A DNA stretch of 64,000 bases from a virus (lineage: Duplodnaviria; Heunggongvirae; Uroviricota; Caudoviricetes). The DNA lies in IMG/VR virus record IMGVR_UViG_3300025387_000012, positions 64,001 to 128,000 of that record; one strand, written 5' to 3'. The translations under genes were made by a program, and so were the position numbers. Positions 29,109-37,251 of this stretch are shown in pieces. The stretch's first letter is position 1, and every line of letters begins with the position of its first letter. Under the pieces are notes generated by a model that saw only the letters and a program-made list of their open reading frames with translations, did no database searches and was not told where the DNA came from.

Positions 29109-30045
29109 GTTGTAATAGGATAAACTCTTCAAGTTCAACATCTGTCTTGGAGTTTATATCATTCTCCCAGATTGATAGGTATTGATACCCAGATTTGATT
29201 GCGATATTCTGTTTCTTTAGATCTTTTTTCCAAAGATCCTTTGCGATGATCTGAGGTGTCTTACCTGGAAAGTTTAATACGCTTTCTTCTGTGTAAAACT
29301 TAGGATTCGCGTGCCAGAAATCCCCGTGTACTTCAAGAACAACATTGTTTATCAAAAAGTCGTATTGGACCCCCTTGATGAAAAATGAATATTGAAATGG
29401 GATTCCAAGGGAAGTCAAACAGTTCGCGACGCGAGTTTCAAGTTTGTTGATTTTGAAGTAATACGGTAACGTTCCATTGGCGATCATCGTGTTATATTTC
29501 TTTTGGTGCAAAGCGTATAGTTGTTCATCGGTAAGATTTTCATAAGGATTTATCCTTTTCTTACCATAACGTTGAATGTGAGTGTTGGTTATTTTATCTT
29601 GGATATCTTTGAGTTGAAATACATTTACGGCACCATAACGTTCCTTTAGTGTTTTTTGGCGAGTAACATATCCAACAGATCCTTTTGATAAAGTATTAGT
29701 GGTTCCGTATTTTATCAAACACGTTTCTCTATATTTCTTTTTGACTGAGCTGGTATTATTCGCGGCTAAAAGGTCTCGTTTTGGGATACTGTGCATATCA
29801 AGTACAAAGTACAGCACCTTAATACCAACATCAAACACGTTGTAAAAATCAACGGATGATAGTTCGTCTTCAATGTACAGTTTATTGATCAAATCTTTAT
29901 CTGACAAATCAATCTTTGAATGATTATTGACCAACACCTGTAGTTTAAACTCATCTTTGGGACGATCCTTACCGCAAGTTTTGTAGTGTGGTAGCTTTGA
30001 ACTAGCCCCGCAGATCGGGCATATTAGTGGTTTATACGGTTTCAT
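29077..30045 (-). CDS. Vsr-like / PD-(D/E)XK homing endonuclease between the intein halves (antisense)
   Basis: N-terminal CPIC...C, TxxxKYG-type repeats, C-terminal YDFLI...LEVHGDFWHANP...YLSIWE. AT-rich (21/60 GC at 29161-29220). Confidence 0.85.
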   Translation of the reverse strand: MKPYKPLICPICGASSKLPHYKTCGKDRPKDEFKLQVLVNNHSKIDLSDKDLINKLYIEDELSSVDFYNVFDVGIKVLYFVLDMHSIPKRDLLAANNTSSVKKKYRETCLIKYGTTNTLSKGSVGYVTRQKTLKERYGAVNVFQLKDIQDKITNTHIQRYGKKRINPYENLTDEQLYALHQKKYNTMIANGTLPYYFKINKLETRVANCLTSLGIPFQYSFFIKGVQYDFLINNVVLEVHGDFWHANPKFYTEESVLNFPGKTPQIIAKDLWKKDLKKQNIAIKSGYQYLSIWENDINSKTDVELEEFILLQLSTVVELHPL

Positions 30046-30049
30046 ACTG

Positions 30050-30087
30050 TGTACTTTCTAGATCGACTGTGATATAATCTATTTATA
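30050..30087. promoter_or_regulatory. overlapping opposed promoters (+ strand sigma70-like; - strand late box)
   Basis: TGTACT-N17-TATAAT at 30050-30078 on +; TATAAATA at 30080-30087 on -. Confidence 0.6.
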
Positions 30088-30129
30088 GACAAATGCGTCC
30101 GCGTCACACTTTTCCATCATCGGTGCCCT

Positions 30130-30231
30130 ATGAAAATTCTGAACATCTCCAAGGTTGAAAATCACTCAGAACGGTACGACATTCAGACTGGGACTGAGAA
30201 CTTTTTTGCGAACGACATTCTTGTCCATAAC
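30130..30231 (+). mobile_element. split intein C-fragment (IntC) of RNA ligase
   Basis: Block F YDI, block G FFANDILVHN, +1 Ser at 30232. Confidence 0.9.
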
Positions 30232-31068
30232 TCGATGATCCACACGGTGATCACCAAGAATGGCATTCGCCTGAAGTCGAAGAAGACGTTCACGTCTGAG
30301 GTTGCGATTGCAGCCGAGAAGTGGATGCACGAGCAGGAAAGCAAGAACGTTCTGCGTCTCGTGGAACATCTCGCTACGCTGGACTGCACGGCCATCTTCG
30401 AATGGACGGCGCCAGACGCGCGCATCGTGCTTCACTATCCCGAGCCGGAGCTTCAGCTTCTGCACGTTCGAGACAATGTGACCGGTGAGTACCACACGTA
30501 TGACGACGTGTTCTATCTTGGAATGCGCTTCAACGTGAAGGTAGTTGACCCTGTCACGGGCTTCTGGGACGGTGAGAAGCTCGACATCGCCAAGATGTTG
30601 GAGACGGCTCAGACGATCGAGGGCATCGAGGGCTGGGTAATCCAGTTCGAGAATGGTGAGATGGTCAAGCTCAAGACCCAATGGTACTTGAAGCGCCACC
30701 GCGCCATGACGTTCCTTCGCGAGCGCGACATCGCCGTACTGGTTCTGGAAGAAGGTCTTGACGATCTGAAGGCTATGCTCGTGGGTGAAGGCGTGAACAT
30801 CGATGAGGTTCTCCAAATCGAAGAGCGCGTCCTCCACATTCTCCGTGAGCTCGCTCTCAACGTAGATGTGATCTTCAACGAGGATGGGCATCTTGAGAGA
30901 AAGGACTTCGCGATCAAGCACAAGGCCTCGCCGCACTTCGGTCTTCTGATGGCTCGCTATCAGGGTCGTGAACCGTCGTTTAAGGAGTTCTTCGAACGTA
31001 CCATTCTGCGTGAGCAGTTCTCTCTTCGCCAGCTCGTGCTGGTTCCCTCTGTCGCTGAAGGTGATTGA
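30130..31068 (+). CDS. rnlA: split-intein C-fragment (34 aa) fused to RNA ligase C-extein
   Basis: RYDIQTGTENFFANDILVHN/S, then SMIHT...AIFEW...IVLHY...RDNVTGEY...EGIEGWVI...VKLKTQWY (Rnl1 motifs). The splice product restores KRDG-S. Confidence 0.9.
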   Translation: MKILNISKVENHSERYDIQTGTENFFANDILVHNSMIHTVITKNGIRLKSKKTFTSEVAIAAEKWMHEQESKNVLRLVEHLATLDCTAIFEWTAPDARIVLHYPEPELQLLHVRDNVTGEYHTYDDVFYLGMRFNVKVVDPVTGFWDGEKLDIAKMLETAQTIEGIEGWVIQFENGEMVKLKTQWYLKRHRAMTFLRERDIAVLVLEEGLDDLKAMLVGEGVNIDEVLQIEERVLHILRELALNVDVIFNEDGHLERKDFAIKHKASPHFGLLMARYQGREPSFKEFFERTILREQFSLRQLVLVPSVAEGD

Positions 31069-31334
31069 TGCAGTACATCCTGACCCAAGAAGAGTACGAC
31101 GCTCTTCGAAATGATGTGAAGGTCCAGTCACTGACCCAGACCAGGAAGATGCAGAAGCTCTGCACTAAGATTGCAGATACGATGCCTGTTCGCTGGACAT
31201 GGGGTCCGGGTAAGGACACCCCTACCCCGTGGGGATGTAGGCTAACCCTTGAAAAAGAAGGGGACGAGTGGTACTGCGACGAATGCCCGGTCCAGGAAAT
31301 CTGCCCTAGCAATCGTAAATCATACTCGCAATGA
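31068..31334 (+). CDS. small Cys-containing hypothetical protein
   Basis: TGATG-coupled start. WGC...WYCDECPVQEICP suggests metal binding. Confidence 0.7.
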   Translation: MQYILTQEEYDALRNDVKVQSLTQTRKMQKLCTKIADTMPVRWTWGPGKDTPTPWGCRLTLEKEGDEWYCDECPVQEICPSNRKSYSQ

Positions 31335-31636
31335 GCAGACGCATCTATGACATCTTCATGGAGTCTCCTAAGGAGGCTCTTGAAGAAACCTTTCGCCGAG
31401 CAAAGGAAAATGGCTATCGTCAGGGATGCGCGTTCATGTACCAAAGTACGATGGGCATCCATAGTCGGCATCGTTATGGATCGTTCAGAATCGTAACCAA
31501 ACAAGAGCTGTCGCGTCGAACCTACGACATCGAATATTGGGACGGCGCGATCTGTATTTTCTGGACCGACGTGGTCCATGATCCAAAGCGTGGGAACATT
31601 CCAAAGGAGGTCGCATGGGCACTCGTGCCTTTATGA
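31331..31636 (+). CDS. hypothetical protein
   Basis: ATGA-coupled on both ends. Confidence 0.65.
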   Translation: MSRRIYDIFMESPKEALEETFRRAKENGYRQGCAFMYQSTMGIHSRHRYGSFRIVTKQELSRRTYDIEYWDGAICIFWTDVVHDPKRGNIPKEVAWALVPL

Positions 31637-31971
31637 TGTCCGCCAGTAAAAGGCGTGAGCTGAAGCAGGAAGAAGAACGTCGCATTCGCGAAGAGCGGAA
31701 GCGGATTGAGGCTCTTACGGGACGACCGTGGAACCAAAAGCCGCCAAGGCGCAAGCGGACGAAGATGAAGCCAAGTTCGGTTCCCTTCGAACCCACGCAG
31801 TATCCCTCCGTCATGACGATGAAGGGTATGAGCAACGTGACCGCTAAGAAGGAGGCCAACGTCTACACGGGCAGTAACCTTATCGGGATCGCCACGATGC
31901 ACAAGTCGAACATGGTTCCGGTCTTCAAGAAGGAAGACGCTCTTGAAATCGCAACGATGCGGAGAAACTGA
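31633..31971 (+). CDS. conserved T4-like phage hypothetical protein
   Basis: YTGSNLIGIATMHKSNMVPVF motif, basic N-half. Confidence 0.7.
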   Translation: MMSASKRRELKQEEERRIREERKRIEALTGRPWNQKPPRRKRTKMKPSSVPFEPTQYPSVMTMKGMSNVTAKKEANVYTGSNLIGIATMHKSNMVPVFKKEDALEIATMRRN

Positions 31972-32184
31972 ATGCGAAACATACGGCAGTATCCCATCAC
32001 CCGTGAAGAGGTCTGCGAGGTCCTGCAGAAAATCCCAATGGACAATCCGCCTGGCACTCCTCCCGGAGAAATGAAGATTGGTGGTCTAAACGATCTGATC
32101 CGCCAGGGAATAATTATTGCGTGCACTGAAGAAGCGGTCATGAAGCGCATTCTAAAGCACGCCAATCTGGAGAACGATGAATGA
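31972..32184 (+). CDS. small hypothetical protein
   Basis: 70 aa, abuts both neighbours. Confidence 0.6.
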   Translation: MRNIRQYPITREEVCEVLQKIPMDNPPGTPPGEMKIGGLNDLIRQGIIIACTEEAVMKRILKHANLENDE

Positions 32185-33323
32185 GAAAGTTGGTAACAGT
32201 TCGCCGCGTAGCGGCAGTTAACCCTATCGAGGGTGCAGACGCCATTGAGGTAGCGACCGTAGATGGCTGGAAGCTGGTCGTCAAGAAGAACGAGTTCGCC
32301 GCTGGCGATCCTTGCGTCTACTTTGAGATCGACAGCTTCCTGCCTGAGTCGGATCCTCGCTATGCCTTCCTGATGAAGTCTGGTGTTCGCGAGTTCGAGG
32401 GTCAAAGAGGTCATAAGCTTCGCACGATCCGTCTCCGCGGTCAAATCAGCCAGGGTCTGGCGCTGCGCCTTGATGCGTTCCCTGAAATCCTTCAGAGCGT
32501 TGGTGTCAACCTGCTTGTTGATCCTGATGTTGTCAAGGACATGAAGGCAATCCATGGACTGGATGTGATGGTCGAAATGCATCGCGCAGTCGTGTTTGAC
32601 CCTGAGGTCCAAGAGCGACTTGATCAGGTTGATCTCGCCGCGCTCCTCGGTATTAAGAAGTGGGAGCCTGCTCTTCCCGCATCTCTCGCTGGTAAGGTTC
32701 GTGGACTGTTCCCAAGCTTCATTCGTAAGACAGATCAGGAGCGCTGTCAGAACCTGGTCGAGGACATCTTCTCAGATGTTGACGCTCGCTACGAGGTCAC
32801 CGTGAAGCTGGACGGCACGAGCTTCACAGCATACTTCCGTGATGGCGACATCGGCGTTTGCAGCCGCAACCTCGAGCTGAAGCTCGGCGATGAGAACGCG
32901 GACAACACGCTGGTGAAAACCTTCGAAGAGGCTCGCCTTGGCACTCATCTGCCGCTCATCGGCAACATTGCTATTCAAGGCGAGCTGATGGGTGAAGGCA
33001 TCCAGGGAAACCGTGAGGCCATCAAGGGCCACCAACTGTTCATCTTCGATGCACAGAACCTCGACACTGGCAAGTACCTCACCCCAGCGGAGCGGATGGA
33101 ACTAATGACCAAGCTTCTGGGTGCGGTCAACCACGTTCCTATTCTCCATGCAGACGTCAGCCTTCGTGAGCTCGGCATCACCAACGTTGATGAGCTGCTT
33201 GCCTTCGCTGAAGGCCCAAGCCTGACACACCCTGTTCGTGAGGGTGTTGTGTTCAAGCGTGAAGACGGAAAGTTCAGCTTCAAGGCAATTTCTAACAAAT
33301 TTTTGGAGAAAGAAAAAGATTAA
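32181..33323 (+). CDS. RNA ligase, DRB0094 (DraRnl/Rnl5-like) family with N-terminal OB module
   Basis: RKLVTVRRV...IEGADAIEVATVDGW...VYFEIDSFLP, FPSFIRKTDQERCQN, KLDGTS, CSRNLEL, IQGELMG, REGVVFK, SFKAISNKFL. Confidence 0.9.
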   Translation: MRKLVTVRRVAAVNPIEGADAIEVATVDGWKLVVKKNEFAAGDPCVYFEIDSFLPESDPRYAFLMKSGVREFEGQRGHKLRTIRLRGQISQGLALRLDAFPEILQSVGVNLLVDPDVVKDMKAIHGLDVMVEMHRAVVFDPEVQERLDQVDLAALLGIKKWEPALPASLAGKVRGLFPSFIRKTDQERCQNLVEDIFSDVDARYEVTVKLDGTSFTAYFRDGDIGVCSRNLELKLGDENADNTLVKTFEEARLGTHLPLIGNIAIQGELMGEGIQGNREAIKGHQLFIFDAQNLDTGKYLTPAERMELMTKLLGAVNHVPILHADVSLRELGITNVDELLAFAEGPSLTHPVREGVVFKREDGKFSFKAISNKFLEKEKD

Positions 33324-34077
33324 GTCTTTTCTTTACTTCATGTGTTGTTATAGAAAAATGCTCTGCGGCTTGGTTGTATGATGCAAAGGGAAGACCATCG
33401 AGATAAAACTTAATGGTCTTCCTTCTCTTTTCTAGCGTAGCCCTTCTCTCTTCATCACTTCGGTTTCGTAGGGCATGTGATAGATTCTTTCTATGTTCTA
33501 TAGATTTAGATTTACCTGTGGCTGCTAAACTCATATTTTTCTTTTGCTGATCAGAAAATGGGAGCATGATTTTCCCACGCATTTTGTCTGAAAGCTTTTT
33601 CTTTGTTTCTTCTGATCGCTGTTTGCCAAAACCTGGATGATTTTCTCCCCTAAGATAGATTGATTCTGGTCTTTGTAGAAGACCTTGCTTTATTTTTTCT
33701 CGCTCCTCAGGTGTTCTCTTTTTCCCAAACGCATGATGCTTATCTCCGCGGCAATTATATGCTGATGGTTTTCCAAACCAATGGTGATCTATACCCGAAG
33801 GAGCACCTTTCCCACCAGGTTTTTGATTAAGGCAATTTGGATCAGTTTTCCATAGATCACCAACTAGTGATTTTTCAAGTTCATATGCTTCTTGTTCTGA
33901 TTCGCATACTCTGAGGATCTCCTTAGAGCGAATAGATTTTGGATAATCGTGTAGAAGCGTGCCTGATCCAGTATAATGATCTTCATCTAAAGGCAAAGCG
34001 GTACTTCTCTTACCTATATAGTAGAGGGAAGTTCCGTTAATTCTTGTTTTGTAGACGTAGTGTATCATAGTTTGCAT
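33292..34077 (-). CDS. free-standing GIY-YIG homing endonuclease with NUMOD3-type repeats
   Basis: True start near 34077 (MQTMIHYVY...YYIGKRS...AYELEK...CLN), repeated GKKRTPEERE / GKQRSEETKKKLS, AT-rich. The 34416 start in the ORF track is shadow of the + gene. Confidence 0.88.
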   Translation of the reverse strand: MQTMIHYVYKTRINGTSLYYIGKRSTALPLDEDHYTGSGTLLHDYPKSIRSKEILRVCESEQEAYELEKSLVGDLWKTDPNCLNQKPGGKGAPSGIDHHWFGKPSAYNCRGDKHHAFGKKRTPEEREKIKQGLLQRPESIYLRGENHPGFGKQRSEETKKKLSDKMRGKIMLPFSDQQKKNMSLAATGKSKSIEHRKNLSHALRNRSDEERRATLEKRRKTIKFYLDGLPFASYNQAAEHFSITTHEVKKRLNLFLSPKIC

Positions 34078-34091
34078 TAGTAACCTGTTTT

Positions 34092-34124
34092 TATTTATTG
34101 GGAAGATTGGAGAGAGCATAAATA
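34092..34124. promoter_or_regulatory. divergent late-like boxes between GIY-YIG gene and downstream operon
   Basis: AATAAATA on - strand (34092-34099) and CATAAATA on + strand (34117-34124). Confidence 0.65.
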
Positions 34125-34149
34125 TCTCGACTAGAGATAGGATTGCTTC

Positions 34150-34455
34150 GTGGAATTTAAGTATCAAACCCTCTTTACCTGCAAAGTCCCCGACGGTTTC
34201 AAAGCCATTCAGAGCTTTAACGAGACCATTGCGAGCGACACCCCGCAGACAGAAGAAACCATTCTTGAGACGATCAACCTCTCCTTCGAGACCGCGGGAG
34301 TTGCTGTTGAGCGTCTCGAGCTGTCTAATGACCTGACGTTCTGTGATGTCATCCTGACAAAGCACAAGCGCACCCCGCTCCGCGTTTACATTCGAACGCG
34401 ACCGTCTCTCGTCCACGATGGGGTGGTCTACAAGCTCGAGGAGCTCTTCCTGTAA
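34150..34455 (+). CDS. hypothetical protein
   Basis: GTG start, 101 aa, abuts next gene. Confidence 0.65.
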   Translation: MEFKYQTLFTCKVPDGFKAIQSFNETIASDTPQTEETILETINLSFETAGVAVERLELSNDLTFCDVILTKHKRTPLRVYIRTRPSLVHDGVVYKLEELFL

Positions 34456-35808
34456 ATGCTTGACATCATCTTTATCTCATATGACGAACCCAACGCATCC
34501 GCAAACTGGAAAGACCTAAAGACCCGATTCCCACACGCAAAGCGGGTTCACGGAGTCAAGGGCATTGCGAACGCCCACATCGAGGCCGCAAAGAAAGCGA
34601 ACACAACTTTCTTCTACGTCGTTGATGGTGATACGGAAGTCTTTGACACGTTCAACTTTGACTACAAGCCGACCATCCATGAGGCCAACTACGTTCATGT
34701 TTGGCACTCCTACAACCCTGCAACAGGCGCGGACTATGGTTACGGCGGCATCAAGCTCTTTAGCAAGAAGTTCTTTAAGGACGTAAAGACCCAGCTGGAC
34801 TTTACGACGACCCTGACGAAGGACATCAAAGTTATTCCTGAAATCGCTGGCATCACCCGCTTTAACTCTGATCCTTTCAGAGCCTATCGAGGCGCCTTTA
34901 GAGAAAGCGTGAAGCTTTACCGAACCCAGCACGATGAGACTCTTCCTGAATCCATCCGTGAGGAAGCAAAGGATCGTTTGCAGGGGTGGATTGATCCGCT
35001 TAAGAAGGCAGAGTTCAGAGAGTTTGTAGCGGGCGGTGCTAGAGCTGGGATTGCAGAAGCCAAGCGCCGCAAAACTACGTCTGATCTGATGTTTATCAAC
35101 GATCATGACTTGCAGCTTAGCCTCTTCCATGAGAGCTACCCATCAATCGATCTCGATATCGATCCTTCTCCTAAAAAGGATAACCCAATGCGCAGTGAAC
35201 TTTTCTTTACCTCGAGGATCGCGGGCGCTCTATATGACCCGTTTGTGATTGAACATCTTCCCATCACCGAGCTCAGAGATGCAATGTCTGATGGACAGAT
35301 GTTGAGCAAGATGTGGCTCATCGAGGAACTCAATAAGCTGATGGTTCACGGCAAAATCGGTCCAGAGGCTGAAGGCAAACTTCGCATTGCTATTCTTGGC
35401 GGGTGGATTGGCACTCTCGCTCTTCTGATGAACTGTTTTGAGCTGCCATTTTCTGTTACCAGCATTGATCTAGACGCTCGTGCTAACCGCATCGCTGAAA
35501 AGTTCAACTATGACTACGACTTTTTGACGAAGTGCGAGGACATGTATGAGGTCAACTACAACGAGTACGATGTCATCATCAACACCTCGTCAGAGCATAT
35601 CCCCAACATTCCTAGCTGGCGCAAGAAGCTGCCTGCTGGAAAGATCGTGGTTGTGCAGAACAACGACTACGAAGAAGGGGAAGGCCATGTTTCTACGGTC
35701 GACTCTGCGGTGGAGCTAAAGAGGCTTTTGAACCTCTCTGAGGTGCTCTACGAGGGAACCCGCGCCTTTCCGCAATACAAGCGGTTCATGCTGATCGGAC
35801 GCACATAA
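34456..35808 (+). CDS. glycosyltransferase-like domain fused to class I SAM-methyltransferase-like domain
   Basis: N-half FISYDEP...RVHGVKG...VVDGD (paralog of 23276). C-half IAILGGWIG, SIDLD, VIINTSSEH, VVVQNND. Confidence 0.6.
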   Translation: MLDIIFISYDEPNASANWKDLKTRFPHAKRVHGVKGIANAHIEAAKKANTTFFYVVDGDTEVFDTFNFDYKPTIHEANYVHVWHSYNPATGADYGYGGIKLFSKKFFKDVKTQLDFTTTLTKDIKVIPEIAGITRFNSDPFRAYRGAFRESVKLYRTQHDETLPESIREEAKDRLQGWIDPLKKAEFREFVAGGARAGIAEAKRRKTTSDLMFINDHDLQLSLFHESYPSIDLDIDPSPKKDNPMRSELFFTSRIAGALYDPFVIEHLPITELRDAMSDGQMLSKMWLIEELNKLMVHGKIGPEAEGKLRIAILGGWIGTLALLMNCFELPFSVTSIDLDARANRIAEKFNYDYDFLTKCEDMYEVNYNEYDVIINTSSEHIPNIPSWRKKLPAGKIVVVQNNDYEEGEGHVSTVDSAVELKRLLNLSEVLYEGTRAFPQYKRFMLIGRT

Positions 35809-35811
35809 TCG

Positions 35812-35840
35812 TTTACATCTGCTGAGAAGCGGTGTATAAT
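35812..35840 (+). promoter_or_regulatory. sigma70-like promoter
   Basis: TTTACA-N17-TATAAT. Confidence 0.8.
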
Positions 35841-35847
35841 CAACCAA

Positions 35848-36390
35848 ATGGATAACTGTGAAGGCACTATGGAAGACCTCGATCAAGAACTGCGCTTCTA
35901 CTGCTTTGTGAACTTCTATCTGTCCTCGATCCAACAGGGCATTCAGACGGGTCACTGCGCGGTAGACCTCGTGATGAAATACCTGGTGACGAGCCCGCTG
36001 CGGTATGATGAGTACCAGCGCAGCCTCGTTCAGAACTGGGCCAACCTTCACAAGACGTTCATCACTCTGAACGGTGGTCCTGCAGCCGGTATCGATGCTG
36101 CTGAAGAGGCCATCGTTGCGGCGGTTGACTTCCCGTGGGTTGCCTTCTATGAGGACGAAGTCTCCCTCAAGGGGCTCAAGACCTGCGTTGGTGTCGTTGT
36201 CCCCGCGTACATCTTTAACGCCAAGTTTTCTCCAGAAGAAACCCGAGCAGCTGGCGATGGACAACCTCGCTACGCTTGGGAGCAGACTGATCCAAATACC
36301 GGTGTTCTCACCGGGTACAGGGTCTACCATCCACAAGATCAACATTACCCGCTGGTGCATCTGTTGAAGAGCTCCCGGCTGGCCTCGTAA
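35848..36390 (+). CDS. peptidyl-tRNA hydrolase type 2 (PTH2)-like protein
   Basis: LSSIQQGIQTGHCAV, W...HKTFITLNGG, FYEDE...LKTCVGVVV follow the PTH2 fold pattern seen in phages. Confidence 0.6.
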   Translation: MDNCEGTMEDLDQELRFYCFVNFYLSSIQQGIQTGHCAVDLVMKYLVTSPLRYDEYQRSLVQNWANLHKTFITLNGGPAAGIDAAEEAIVAAVDFPWVAFYEDEVSLKGLKTCVGVVVPAYIFNAKFSPEETRAAGDGQPRYAWEQTDPNTGVLTGYRVYHPQDQHYPLVHLLKSSRLAS

Positions 36391-36400
36391 GGAGAAGCAC

Positions 36401-36724
36401 ATGAAGAAGTTTGTTGTTGCGGCTCTTGCCGCTGTTTCACTCGCCGCTCCAGCAATGGCTGATCCTCGTGATCATGACCGTGGTGAGCACCGCGAATATC
36501 ACCGCGAATATCGTGATCACGATGACCGTCGGTATTTCCTTCCGGGCGTGATCGTCGGTGGGATTCTCGGATATGGCGTCTATGAAGCCACTCGTCCTCA
36601 GCCGGTTTATCCGTACGAGTATGAGCGTCCTCAGCTTCCGCCTCCTCCGTACGGTTACCACTACCAGCTCACGTACGATTACCGCTGCGGCTGTGATCGC
36701 TACCTGCTCTATCCGAACTATTGA
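36401..36724 (+). CDS. secreted glycine-zipper-type small protein
   Basis: Signal peptide MKKFVVAALAAVSLAAPAMA, tandem HREY repeat, GVIVGGILG zipper, Pro/Tyr-rich tail. SD AAGGAG. Confidence 0.7.
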   Translation: MKKFVVAALAAVSLAAPAMADPRDHDRGEHREYHREYRDHDDRRYFLPGVIVGGILGYGVYEATRPQPVYPYEYERPQLPPPPYGYHYQLTYDYRCGCDRYLLYPNY

Positions 36725-37251
36725 CCATGCCAGAAAAAATGGATGATCCGGTATACCTGAACGGTCCGCCTTGGACCGCCAAGGAGTGGGTAGGGTTCGG
36801 TGCCATTATTGCTGCTGTCCTAGGACTCACCATCGCTTTAGCCGCATGCACGTCAAAGTCAGATGCTGCTAAGGCAGCAGCCAAAGTCGATGTGCAGCAA
36901 ACACAGCAAGCACCGGGTGCAGAAGGCCGAGAGACAGCTTCTGCGGCAACTCCTGCTCCCGCATCTGATGAGCCGGCACCATCCGATGTCCAAGCGATGG
37001 ACGCCATGGTTCGAGGCCACCCGCACGCAACCAAAATCTGCATTGACGCGGAGCGTGACGGCTACTTAATCCATTGGCCTGATACCGGATCTGACGACAA
37101 GGTGTTCACGGGCTGGCACTTCATTGAGAAGAAGAACATCCAGTTCTACTTTATGAAGCAGAACAACACCTTCTTCATTGGGGATATTGAAGCAGACAAA
37201 TATCCCCAAGTTTATCCCGACGTCACGGGACTTCCCTGCAAGGATATGTAA
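36721..37251 (+). CDS. putative lipoprotein
   Basis: Hydrophobic helix ending in lipobox-like LAAC, followed by an Ala/Pro-rich linker. Confidence 0.55.
   Translation: MTMPEKMDDPVYLNGPPWTAKEWVGFGAIIAAVLGLTIALAACTSKSDAAKAAAKVDVQQTQQAPGAEGRETASAATPAPASDEPAPSDVQAMDAMVRGHPHATKICIDAERDGYLIHWPDTGSDDKVFTGWHFIEKKNIQFYFMKQNNTFFIGDIEADKYPQVYPDVTGLPCKDM

Noticed and set aside
29108-30130. Group I intron explanation for the interrupted ligase (and for the polymerase at 43751-44699)
   Set aside because: No P/Q/R/S-like core is recognisable and there is little non-coding space. The ligase endonuclease is antisense, and complete intein N and C motifs flank both breaks.
34078-34416. N-terminal extension of the GIY-YIG ORF given in the ORF track
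   Set aside because: It is the shadow of + gene 34150-34455. Composition, SD and the late box point to a start at 34077 or 34068.
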